From an uncultured Acidobacteriota bacterium (lineage in GTDB: Bacteria; Acidobacteriota; Vicinamibacteria; Vicinamibacterales; UBA2999), in NCBI GenBank assembly GCA_963793705.1, contig CAWCBC010000016.1, forward strand, positions 3,908 through 67,907: DNA of 64,000 nt, read 5' to 3'. The position numbers and the translations under genes are program-made. Under the pieces are notes generated by a model. It had not been told where the DNA came from and searched no databases. It saw only the letters and a list, made by a program, of their open reading frames with translations. Numbering within the stretch: position 1 is the first letter of the stretch; each line of letters begins with the position of its first letter. Positions 49,633 through 60,054 of the stretch are shown here, in pieces.

Positions 49633-50501
49633 ATGGACCGACGCATCGACAGCTTCATCTCCACGACGCGCCCGATCAGAAACGCGCACCGGCGTGCTGG
49701 CTCGTCGGCATCGCCACAGTGCTTCTGCCCGCGACGCTCCTGGCACAGTGGCCGGCAGCGAGGTCCGATTCCGCACCGCGGACACCGGATGGCCGCGTCA
49801 ACATGGTCGCGGCCGCGCCGCGCATGCCGGATGGCAAGCCGGATCTGTCAGGTATCTGGGACAAGGGCCTGCTGCCAGGAGAGGTGCCGCCGCCTGGCCT
49901 CTTCTCCGGCATTGGCCCTTCTCAGGCTTTTCGCGACCTGAAGGCGGCGCTGCCCGGCGAGCTTCCGATGCTGCCATGGGCGGCGAAGGTAAAAGCCACA
50001 CGGTTCGGGCAGAACAGCAAGGATCACCCCGACGCCCACTGTCTGCCACTGCACCCGATTCAGCTGCATCTGCACCCACAGCCACGAAAGATCGTCCAGA
50101 CGCCGAACCTCGTGCTCATCCTCTACGAGGCCAACGACGGGCGGCGCGAGATCCACCTCGACGGCCGGACGCTGCCGACTGGCGACGTCCAGCCGTGGTG
50201 GTTCGGGTATTCCACCGGTCGCTGGGAGGGCGACACGCTGGTCGTGGAGTCCATGGGCTTCAGGGACCAAACATGGATCGACGAAAACGGCACGCCCGCC
50301 ACCGAGGCTCTGAGACTGACCGAGCGTCTGCGGCGAGTCAATTTCGGCACGCTGGAGATCCAGATCACCGTCACCGACCCGAAGACGTTCACACGGCCGT
50401 TTACCTTCACGCTCCAGCAGCGCCTCATGCCCGACACCGAGTTGATCGAGTTTGTCTGCGGCGAGAACAACCTCAGCGCGTCGCGCCTCGTCGGGAACTG
50501 A
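49633..50501 (+). CDS. secreted hypothetical protein, 'GRWEGD' family, frame correction near 49660-49690
   Basis: 'WWFGYSTGRWEGDTLVVESMGFRDQTWID...' in ORF 49509..50501. The proposed ATG at 49633 is in the neighbouring frame. Confidence 0.6.
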
Positions 50502-50638
50502 TTCTCATGACGTCACGCTAGGACTTCCGTAGATCGTGGGGCGCCTTGTCAGGCGTCGCCTCGCGGACCTGGACCAGGTCCGCGCCACGAAGTCAGTCCT
50601 TGTGCTCGCCACGATCACGCATAAGGACAATGCACTAA

Positions 50639-53600
50639 TCAGCGCGCTTCGTACGCAACTCGCCCGTTGACGATCGTCATCACCGAGCGGGTGTCTTTGA
50701 TCTGATCGACAGGCACCGTCAGGTAGTCGCGATCGAGGACGACGAGGTCCGCGAGCTTGCCGACTTCGATCGATCCCGAGATTCTTCTCCTGGAACACCA
50801 GATAGGCGTTCGCCGCGTGTGGGCGATGAGCGCCTCTTCACGACTGATCGTGTGTGTCTGGCTGAGCACAACCCGGCCGCCGACCATCCGGCCGGTCACT
50901 GCCCACGACAGCGTCTGAAACGGAAGAATCTGATTCGCGCGGCTGCCGTCGCTGCCGAGTCCCCACACGACGCCGCTGGCCTGCAGCGTCTTGAGCGGCG
51001 CCATATCCATCGCAGCACGCTCGAAAACCGTGCGGTTGATGCCGCCGTTGATCACCGCCCACGGATGGACGGCAGCAGCCATCCCGAGCTTCTTCATGCG
51101 TTCGAGGTCGGCGGCGCTGATCTGGTTGACGTGCGCCAGCATCCAGCGCAGGTTCCGGATCGGATACTCGCGATCGATCAGCTCGATCTGATCGAGAAAG
51201 GCGCCGATCGTGGCCGTCAGGTTGGCGTGCACGTGCAGCGGCAGGCCAGCCTTCGCCACCTCGGTGGCGACGCGCCGCCACTCGGCGAGCTGGTCGCGGC
51301 TGCGGACTGGAGGCGCGCACGAACATCGGATCGTGCAGCGGCGAGTAGACGGTCTCGCCATAGGCAATCTGATTGATGAAGGTGTCGCCCTGCTGCACTT
51401 TCATCGCGCGGATCTGCGGCAGGATGCCGCTGACCTGCTGCGGCGTGCCCGCCGAAAAGCCGGTGATGCAGAACACCCGGACGTTGAGCTCCTTTTTCTC
51501 GGCCCATCGCCTGTAGATCGGCAGCACGTTTGGCTCGCACGCCGCGCTGCCGAAGGCCGTGAGCCCCGCGCGGTTGAGGTCCTGGATCATCTGCCGCGTG
51601 CTGGATTCGAGCTCCGCGCCAGTTGCCACGGGCAGCCGCGCCGCCACTCCGCGCAGGCTTGATTCCTGGACGACACCGGACGGGTCTTCGAGGCCAAGCG
51701 CTTTCATCGCCAGCGTGTTCGCGTAGCCGCGGTAGTAGGACGCCTGCAGGAAGACCGGATTCGCCGGCGCGACACGATCGAGTTCCGCAGGCGTGAACGG
51801 ACGCTCATCGTCCGCGAACTGCTCGAGCGTCCAGCCGCCGAGGGTGTAGATCCACTCGCCCGCCTGGATCGCTTTCGCGCGCTCACGAATCAGATCGAGC
51901 GCCTGCTTGCGCGACGGCACGCCGTCCAACCGCACCTCGCGCTGCCACGTCGTGCCCGCGCGCAGCAGGTGCATGTGGTTGTCGATCAGCCCGGGGACGA
52001 CGGTCTTTCCTGCCAGGTCAACGCGGCGCGTCGTGCGACCGGCAAGCGCCTGAATCTCCTTGTCGGTTCCAACCGCGATGATTCGACCGTCGCCGATGGC
52101 CACAGCCTGCGCGATGGAGAACCGCTCGTCGACGGTCACGACCTTGCCGTTGGTGAGAATCAGATCCGGCATGCGCAGCTGCGCGGCCCCCGCGGCGCCC
52201 GCGCCAGCAATCGCGAAGGCGTACACGGCGCCGGCTTCATCCGCGGCATTGTTGGACTGGTCGCCGTTGACGCCGCGCGCCGCGCTGTTTGCTTGGCGCG
52301 CAGACGCGCTGTCTTCACCTTTCGCCGACGCCACGAGCGTCGTACCCGTGCGATCGAGCGCCACCGAGCTGCCGAACTCGTCAAAGGCGTCGGTGTTGGA
52401 CCCTTTTACGTACGCGCGCTGCTGCCACGTCGTTCCCGCTCGAGTGAACACATAGACGGCCCCGGCCTGGCTCGCGGACTCGTCATCCTGCCGCCCATTG
52501 ATGCCTTTGGCACCGCCATCCTCGAACGGCGCGGCAATCGCCGCGGTGTTACCGTCGCCGCTCAGCGCGACCCGCGCGCCGAACCAGTCGTTCGGGCCGG
52601 TGTTCGACGGCTTCAGGAACGCCTGTTGCGCCCACGTGCCGCCGGCACGCACGAAGACGTAGGCGGCGCCCATCGACAGATCGTCGTTCCAGTCGTTGTC
52701 GCATCCACGTGGGTTGACGCCGGTCGCCGGGCAGTCCTCGTCCAGCGATCCCGCCAGCAGCGTGGCGCCGTCGTCGCTGAGCGCAATGTGGACGCCGAAG
52801 GAATCCTGCGACTCGCTGTTGGACGGTTTGATGTACGCCTGCTGAGACCAGTTCGAACCCACGCGCGCAAACACATAGGCCGCTCCCGATCCGGCATTGC
52901 GATTGTCGGACGGAGGATTGATGCCGCGGCCGGAGCCGTCCTCGTCGAAGCTGCTGACCGCGAGCGTGTAGCCGTCGCGGCTCAGCGCCACCGAGTACCC
53001 GAACATGTCACCGGCATCCGGGTTCGACGGCTTGACGTAGGCCTGCTGCACCCAGGTGTTCCCGGCTCGCGTGAAGACATAGACGGCGCCGGCTCCCTGC
53101 GCCGAGTTGTTGCGCTGGTCTGCCGTTGATACCCGCGGACCCGCTGTCTTCGGTAATCGCTCCAACCGCGATGGTGTTGCCATCGCCGCTCAGCGCGAGC
53201 GACCAGCCGAACTGATCGCCCTCGCCAAAGCTGTCCGCGGTCCCGGCCTCGCCGGTGTTGGACGCCTTGACGTAGGCCTGCTGCATCCACGTCGAGCCTG
53301 CGCGCGCGAACACGTACACGGCTCCAGCCTGCGGAATCGATTCATCGCGCTGGTTTCCGTTGATGCCGGTGGCGTTGCTGGCTTCCCAGTACGCCGATAC
53401 GGCCAGCGTGTTGCCGTCGGCGCTCAGCGCGACGTAGTGGCCGAACTCGGCGCCGGTCTGCGGGTTCGATGGCTTGAGGTAGGCCTGCTGCGTCCAGCGC
53501 GTCGCCGGTGCGCGTGAAGACGTAGACCGCGCCCGCGTCGAAGAGCGAGTTATCCGCCTGATTGCCGTTGATGCCACGGGCAGCGCTGGATTCGTGCGGC

Positions 53601-53839
53601 GCGCCAACCGCCAAGCGTCCTGCCATCCGCGCTGAGGGAGACCCCGTGGCCGTTATGGCCCTGATTCTCGCCGCCGCAGCCGAAGTGATCGGAGGCGTCG
53701 GGATTGGACGCCTTGAGATATGCGGTCTGCCGTACCTGCAGCGGCGTGGTGATGGCGCCTGCGCGCCCGGACGAGCATCGTCAGCGCCGCACGGCCAACG
53801 CGAGACGAGCGAACGACTCGAGCGCTCCGAGCGTTTCAT
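50639..53839 (-). CDS. FG-GAP-like repeat beta-propeller fused to an amidohydrolase domain (exported), several frame corrections
   Basis: About 8 units of 'AGAVYVF.R.G..W.QQAY.K.SN....FG.SVALS.DG.TLAV......GING.Q.DNS', then 'GLIDNHMHLL...' and an amidohydrolase tail. Spread over ORFs 53342.., 53008.., 50838.. and 50639... Confidence 0.75.
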
Positions 53840-54271
53840 TGCGCGATGAACGAGCCCTTGGGACCCTTCGCCGGCGCCGGCTTGCCGAAGTTCTCCGTCC
53901 GGTAAATCTCCTTCCCGGTATCCGCCACCACGATGTTGGCGCGCTCGGTGAGATTCAGATACGGGGCCTGTCCCTTCAGCCGACGTCCGATCATCGTCAG
54001 CTTCATCCCTGCCTTGACCGTTGACGGCGTCCAGCCGAAATGTTCGGATCAGCTGCTGCGGCGTGCCGAGCTCCGCCTGCCAGCGCACCGTTTTGCCGTT
54101 CTCGACGACGTCGAAAATGATGTGGGTGTGGGGATTGACCATCTGCAGCGCCACGACGGTGCCCGTGACGGTGATGACCTCTTCGTCGTAGCGGCCGGCG
54201 TCGCCATGATGGGCGTTGATGGCGACTGAAGCTCCCACAAGCATGACGAACGCGAGCAGCACGGTTTGCAT
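53836..54271 (-). CDS. small secreted DUF6152-like protein, frame correction near 54035
   Basis: 'MQTVLLAFVMLVGASVAINAHHGDAGRYDEEVITVTGTVVALQMVNPHTHIIFDV'. The stop overlaps the ATG of the downstream FG-GAP/amidohydrolase gene (ATGA). Confidence 0.6.
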
Positions 54272-54339
54272 TTTGAATGTTGCCGGCCTTCGCCCAAGTT
54301 GGGCTTCGGCGTGGCTAGCGCTATTTTGCATTTCGTGCC

Positions 54340-55240
54340 TCACTCGTGTCCCGCGTACTTCTTCTCGCCCGCGAGAATCTTCACGGCCAGCCGATTCTCC
54401 TTGAGGGGAATCGGGCACGTCGTGTACTTGTTGAACGCACAAGGCGGGTTGTAAGCCTCGTTGAAATCCAGCACGGTCGTCCCATCGTCCCGGAGATCGG
54501 AATACAGGAAGCGCGCGGTCTCATAGGTCTCATGGCCGCTCGATCCGTCGCGGAAGACGAAGTAGAAGCGCTTCGGTCGCGTCGTGAACGGACGAAGCCG
54601 CACGGTTTCCCCGTTCAGCGTGAACTCGACGACGCCCTCGGACGGCATCATGTCCGTGTCGTTGTAGGTGTTCATGACCGGCACGATGCTCGGCTTCTCG
54701 TCGGGAATAAAGCGCGCGACCACGCGGTAGTTCGGATCGAGCGGGAACCAGGTCGAAGCCGGCAAACTCCTGCGCCTGCTTGCCGTCAGGATCCCACACC
54801 CGCAACGACAGTCGTGGGCCGCTCTCGTGGACAGCGAACTTGACGTCGCTGATCGCGACCTCGTCAGCCGCGTCCTTGCCCGGCTCCTTGAGAACGACCG
54901 CGCCCGTCACCGGCTTGCCGTTCTGCGACGGCATGACGCCCGACGGCCGGCTCATAGCGGACCCAGCCGTCGGCAACGAAGATGCGACCGATGCTTGGCA
55001 GGAAGGTCCGGGCAGCACGATCTCGTTTTTCTTGCCGCTGCCGATTGAGTGATGCCCCGATGCTCGAGAAAGTGCAGGCCGGCAATCGTCGCCCAATCGC
55101 GGCGATAGTCCGTCTCGTGCTTCGTGCGCCAGGCGTTGACGCTCTTGACCCACTCCTCGCCCGTCGGAGACGCCGCCTCCTCGGCAGGTTTCGAACACCC
55201 GCCACAGGAAAGCGGCCACCAGCAGGATCCGAACGTGCAT
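54340..55240 (-). CDS. DUF1684 domain-containing protein, frameshifted in the N-terminal half
   Basis: C-terminal 141 aa intact ('YNPPCAFNKYTTCPIPLKENRL...AGEK'). N-terminal pieces lie in ORFs 54530..55261 and 54864..55403. Confidence 0.75.
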
Positions 55241-55377
55241 CGTGATGAATCTTAGCCCCAAGGCCGAACCTCGAAGGTCGAGCCACTACCACTGATTCTT
55301 CTTCTTCGACCCTCTTTCCTGGATCAGCCCTTGGGCGTTGGGCCTGGGCCTTGAGGCCTGTACACTTCGCTCTCGTC

Positions 55378-55849
55378 ATGGCTAACTTCACCTTAAGGGT
55401 CAACGGGAAGACTTCATACCGTCGACGTCGACCCCGCCACCCCTCTGCTCTACGTCCTGCGCAACGACCTCGACCTGCACGGCCCGCGCTTCGGCTGCGG
55501 TCTCGGCCAGTGCGGCGCCTGCACGGTGCTGATCAAAGGCGAAGCCGTCCGCTCGTGCATGCGGCCGATCTCAGGAGTCGCTGGGGCCGAGATCACGACG
55601 CTCGAAGGACTCGCGACCAACGGCCGGCTGCATCCGCTGCAGCAGGCGTGGATCGACGAGCAGGTGCCGCAGTGCGGGTTCTGCCAGAACGGTCAGATCC
55701 TCACGGCGAAGGCGCTGCTCGATCGGACCCCCAATCCGAGCGACGCGCAAATCCGCCAGGGGATGAACTCGACGTTGTGCCGCTGCATGACGTACTACCG
55801 GATCCAGGCGGCCATCAAACGCGCGGCAAAGGCGATGGTGAGCGCATGA
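55378..55849 (+). CDS. (2Fe-2S)-binding small subunit of an IorA/aldehyde-oxidoreductase-type enzyme, one inserted base near 55420
   Basis: 'MANFTLRVNGK...' then 'GCGLGQCGACTV' (after frame correction) and 'QCGFCQNGQI...LCRCMTY' in ORF 55526..55849. Confidence 0.85.
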
Positions 55850-58164
55850 CCACCAGACGCGATTTCATCAAGTCGTCCGGCTACCTGGTCGTCGGGATCA
55901 CGGCGATCGCGAATGCGGATCCGTTCACGGGCCTCGTCGTCGAGGCGCAGGGCGCCGGTCCGTATCCGGACCTGGACTTCCGGCAGCTCGATTCGTGGAT
56001 CGTCATCCGCGAGGACAACACCGCAACGTTCTTCGTCGGCAAAACCGATCTCGGTCAGGGCACCGGCACCGCGTTCCGGCAGATCATGGCCGACGAGCTC
56101 GACATGCCCTACGCACGAACGAGCTGCGTGATGGGAAGCACCGACGTCACCGTCGATCAGGGTGGGTCCGGCGGATCGGATGCGCTGCAGACCGACGGCT
56201 GGCCGATGCGCCGCGTCGCGGCCGAAGCGCGCCGGGTTCTCCTCGAACAGGCGAGCGCGCGCTTCAGCGTGCCGGTCGCCCAGCTTGCCGTTGCCGATGG
56301 CGTCATCTCGGTCGCTGCCGATCCGACGCGGCGGGTCACCTACGGCGAACTGATCGGCGGCCGCAAGTTCAACGTCACGCTGCGCGGGAACAACACCGAC
56401 GCGACGACAGGGACAGCGCCGATCAAGACCGTCCAGCAGCTCAAGATCGTCGGGCAGTCGCCGCAGCGCTATGACATTCCGCCTAAGGTCGATGGCTCGC
56501 TGAAGTGGGCCGTTGACATGAAGGTGCCGGGGATGCTGCACGCGCGGAACGTGAGGCCGCCGGTTGCCGGCGCCACGCTCGTGAGCATCGACGAGTCGTC
56601 AGTGAAGGGCGTGCCCGGACTCGTCAAAGTGGTGAGCAAAGGGAACTACGTCGCGGTCGTGTGCGAGCGCGAGGAGCAGGCGATTCAGGCGGCGCGTCAG
56701 CTCAAGGTGAATTGGAGAAACCCGGCAACGCCGCCGTTTCCTGCGTCCGAAGATCTCTTCCGCTACATGCGCCAGGCGACGCCGACCTCCAGCGGAAATC
56801 CGGCCGTCGTCGGTAATCCTGACGCCGCATTCAGCAGCGCCGCTCGGGTCGTGGAAGCCGACTACGACATTCCGTTCCAGGGACACGTCTCGATCGGCCC
56901 GGCCCACGCGATGGCCGATCCGTCGAACGACCAGTTGACGATCTACTCCAACGACATGAAGTCGTACGGGTTGCGCAACGGCGTCGCGGAGTTCCTCAAG
57001 ATGCCGCGCGATCGCGTGCGCGTCGTGTGGATGGAAGGACCGCAGGCGTACGGGCGAACGGCCGCGGACGATGCCGGCTTCGAGGCGGCGTTTCTGGCGA
57101 AGGAGCTGGGACGGCCGGTGCGAGTGCAGTGGATGCGGCAGGAAGAGACCGCATGGGATACGAAGGGGCCGGCATTCACCGTCAAGATGCGCGGCGGACT
57201 CGATGCGCAGGGCAATCTCGTCGCGCTCGACTTCGAGGCGCGTGCGGCCGACCACAACCATCTGGGTTACAACGAATTCGACACCGTGCTGATTTCGCAG
57301 CTCGCCAACATGCGGCGCGCAACGCCCGCGCGCGGCGGCGCGGCCACACCGTCGGAGATGTACGCCATCCCCAACCGGCGGACGGTCGCGCACGTCGTCG
57401 GCCTGCCGCTGATCTGGGAGACGCCGCTCCGCACCGGCAACCTGCGCGACCCCAATGGTCCGCAGGTCACCTTCGCGTCCGAGTCGTTCATCGACGAGCT
57501 CGCGGTGGCGGCCAAGGCGGATCCGGTGGAGTTCCGTCTGCGGCTGCTCAACGCCGGCACCGGGGACGACAGCGGGTTCAAGCGTGCGCGATCGATCGCG
57601 TGCGTCAAAGCGGCGGCCGAGAAATACGGCTGGCAGCCGCGGCCGTCGCCACAGGCGCGCGCGACCGGCGACATCCTGACCGGCCGTGGAATCGCTTACA
57701 CCTACCGCAGCCAGACCGTGGTGGCGCAGATCGCCGAAGTCGAAGTGAACCGCCGGACCGGCCGCGTCTGGGTGAAGCGCATCGTCTGCGCGCACGACTG
57801 CGGCCTCGTCATCAATCCGCAGGGGCTGATCCGGACGATCGAAGGCGGGACGCTGTATGCGCTCAGCCGGGCGCTGCACGAAGAGGTGACGTTCGACACC
57901 GAGAAGGTCACCAGCGTGGACTGGGCGACCTATCCGACGCTGACGCACGCCGACACGCCGGAGTCGATCGACGTCGTGCTCGTCAACGGCGACCCGAATC
58001 CGAACCGGCCCGACCTGCCGCACTACGGCGCCGGGGAAACCGTCTGCAAGCCGCTGATGGCGGCAGTGGCAAATGCGATCTACGACGCGACCGGCGTGCG
58101 CATGCGCCGCCTGCCGTTTCGGAATGCACGCGTCCTGGCCGCACTGAAGGCCGCGGGCGCCTAG
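55846..58164 (+). CDS. molybdopterin-binding large subunit, xanthine dehydrogenase/IorB family (Tat signal)
   Basis: The ATG at 55846 overlaps the small-subunit stop (ATGA). 'MTTRRDFIKSSG', 772 aa, intact. Confidence 0.9.
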   Translation: MTTRRDFIKSSGYLVVGITAIANADPFTGLVVEAQGAGPYPDLDFRQLDSWIVIREDNTATFFVGKTDLGQGTGTAFRQIMADELDMPYARTSCVMGSTDVTVDQGGSGGSDALQTDGWPMRRVAAEARRVLLEQASARFSVPVAQLAVADGVISVAADPTRRVTYGELIGGRKFNVTLRGNNTDATTGTAPIKTVQQLKIVGQSPQRYDIPPKVDGSLKWAVDMKVPGMLHARNVRPPVAGATLVSIDESSVKGVPGLVKVVSKGNYVAVVCEREEQAIQAARQLKVNWRNPATPPFPASEDLFRYMRQATPTSSGNPAVVGNPDAAFSSAARVVEADYDIPFQGHVSIGPAHAMADPSNDQLTIYSNDMKSYGLRNGVAEFLKMPRDRVRVVWMEGPQAYGRTAADDAGFEAAFLAKELGRPVRVQWMRQEETAWDTKGPAFTVKMRGGLDAQGNLVALDFEARAADHNHLGYNEFDTVLISQLANMRRATPARGGAATPSEMYAIPNRRTVAHVVGLPLIWETPLRTGNLRDPNGPQVTFASESFIDELAVAAKADPVEFRLRLLNAGTGDDSGFKRARSIACVKAAAEKYGWQPRPSPQARATGDILTGRGIAYTYRSQTVVAQIAEVEVNRRTGRVWVKRIVCAHDCGLVINPQGLIRTIEGGTLYALSRALHEEVTFDTEKVTSVDWATYPTLTHADTPESIDVVLVNGDPNPNRPDLPHYGAGETVCKPLMAAVANAIYDATGVRMRRLPFRNARVLAALKAAGA

Positions 58165-58276
58165 TTGGTTAGTTAGCTAGTTGGATAGTTCGTAGTGAAG
58201 AACGCGGAGGAACGAAGAACCTGAAGAACAACTACGAACTCACTCTACTTCCAACTATCCTGCAACTATCCAACTG
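58162..58276. repeat. imperfect inverted repeat with 8-bp-periodic arms (TAGTTGGN words) around a GAAGAAC-rich centre
   Basis: Left arm 'tagttggttagttagctagttggatagttcgtagtg'. Right arm 'caactacgaactcactctacttccaactatcctgcaactatccaactg'. Confidence 0.75.
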
Positions 58277-58291
58277 CCACCTGAGGAGCCA

Positions 58292-59221
58292 GTGCCAGAA
58301 GCCGTTATCTCCGTCGAAGGTCTGGTCAAGAACTACCGCGCCGGAATGCGCCGTTCGGTCGTTCACGCGGTCAGAGGGCTATCCCTGACCGTTCCGCGCG
58401 GCTGCATCGTCGCCTTCGTCGGCCCCAACGGCGCCGGCAAGACGACGACGATCCATACGCTGCTCGGGTTTCTGAAGCCCACCAGCGGGAAGGTCCAGGT
58501 CTTTGGCGAGCCGCCCGGACCGGGCACCGCCCGCCGCATCGGCTATCAGCCGGAAATCTTCTACACCTACCCGTTCTATTCCGCGCGCGAGGCGCTGCGG
58601 TTCTATGGGCAGCTGGCCGGAATGTCCTCCGCGTCGTTGGACGCCGCGATACCGGGCCTGCTCGATCGCATGGCGCTCACCGACGCCGGCAAGCGCCCGA
58701 TCAAGAGCTACTCGAAAGGCATGACGCAGCGGCTCGGGCTTGCGCAGGCGCTCATCCACGATCCGGAGCTGCTGATTCTCGACGAACCGACCAGCGGACT
58801 CGATCCCGAAGGCCGCCGCCTCGTCCTCGACATCATCGTCGAGGAAAAATCCAGAGGCCGGACGGTGTTCCTGAGCAGCCACATCCTGTCGGACGTGGAG
58901 CGGACCTGCGACGAAGTGGTGATGGTGCGGCAGGGACAGGTGGTGATGGCGGATCGCCTCACGTCGTTTGGCGCCGCCGGCCTGCAGTGGGACATCGAGA
59001 TACTGGGGTGGACCTCCGCACATCAGAGCCTGCTCCCCGCTGGCCTGGCGACCGTGCTGAAAGAAAGCGGCGGCACCGCGGTGCTGCGGTGCGATACCTC
59101 AACGAAACAGGCGCTGCTCAAGGCGCTCATCGCGATCCCGCTGGAGATCGGCACGGTGCAGCAGATGCGCGCGGCCACACTCGAAGAGACGTATCTCAAA
59201 CATGCAGGAGCGGCATCGTGA
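58292..59221 (+). CDS. ABC transporter ATP-binding protein
   Basis: Walker A 'GPNGAGKTT', signature 'YSKGMTQRL', Walker B 'LLILDEPTSGLD'. GTG start after GAGGAG. Confidence 0.9.
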   Translation: MPEAVISVEGLVKNYRAGMRRSVVHAVRGLSLTVPRGCIVAFVGPNGAGKTTTIHTLLGFLKPTSGKVQVFGEPPGPGTARRIGYQPEIFYTYPFYSAREALRFYGQLAGMSSASLDAAIPGLLDRMALTDAGKRPIKSYSKGMTQRLGLAQALIHDPELLILDEPTSGLDPEGRRLVLDIIVEEKSRGRTVFLSSHILSDVERTCDEVVMVRQGQVVMADRLTSFGAAGLQWDIEILGWTSAHQSLLPAGLATVLKESGGTAVLRCDTSTKQALLKALIAIPLEIGTVQQMRAATLEETYLKHAGAAS

Positions 59222-60054
59222 ACCGGATCTTCCTCATCGCCAAGAACGCGTTCCGCGGCGTGATGAGCCAACGCGCGTTGTTCATGTGGGGGTTCGCGGT
59301 CGTCATCATGTTTCTGAACTCGGCGCCCGCATTGTTCATGGGGAACCAGGCACCGGAGATGATGGCCTTTCTGCGCGCCAACGCGGTGTCGGGCTCGCTC
59401 GGAACCTGGAGCTATCTGTGCATGGCGGCCGCGATCTATCTCGGCGCCACGTCGGTGTCGACCGACCTGCGGACGAAGACGATCATCACCGTGCTGGCCC
59501 GGCCCGTACGGCGCTGGGAACTGCTGACCGGCAAGTGGCTTGGGCTGTCGGCCTTCTGCGTGGTCACGCTCGGCCTGGGCATCGTGCTGGCGTTCGGGCT
59601 GTCGCGGTACCTTGGCGTCAACATGGATGGCAACGTGCTGGCCATCTCCGCAACACGGACAATCGCTGGCATTGTCCTCTTTTGCGGCATTGCCGCCGCC
59701 TTGAGCACGTCAGGATCGGCGCCCGTCGCCGTCGCCGTCACGATGTTCGTGGCGATCGTGCCGAACTTGATTCAGCCGCTGCGGGACGATTCACATCCTA
59801 CGTACCAACGGATTGGGGCGACGCTGGATGTGGTCGTGCCGCCTGGCTACGAGAGCAATTACAACGGCGTGGTGTGGGCGCCGTTCCCGATACCGCAGAA
59901 TATGCGCGGCCGCGTGCCGCAGGCAGCGCGGCAGCGCCCGACGGTCGACTACGGCGAGCAGCAGAAACAGACGGCGGAAACCGTCGGTTACGCGGGAGTC
60001 TACTTCGTCATCGGCTGCTTCCTGTTCGGCCGCCGCGATCTCAAATTCAGCTGA
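59218..60054 (+). CDS. ABC-2-type transporter permease
   Basis: The GTG at 59218 overlaps the ATPase stop (GTGA). About 6 hydrophobic segments in the ORF 58987..60054 frame. Confidence 0.7.
   Translation: MNRIFLIAKNAFRGVMSQRALFMWGFAVVIMFLNSAPALFMGNQAPEMMAFLRANAVSGSLGTWSYLCMAAAIYLGATSVSTDLRTKTIITVLARPVRRWELLTGKWLGLSAFCVVTLGLGIVLAFGLSRYLGVNMDGNVLAISATRTIAGIVLFCGIAAALSTSGSAPVAVAVTMFVAIVPNLIQPLRDDSHPTYQRIGATLDVVVPPGYESNYNGVVWAPFPIPQNMRGRVPQAARQRPTVDYGEQQKQTAETVGYAGVYFVIGCFLFGRRDLKFS

Noticed and set aside
56599-58023. 474-aa ORF on the minus strand
   Set aside because: It is antisense to the intact molybdopterin-subunit gene and is a shadow ORF.
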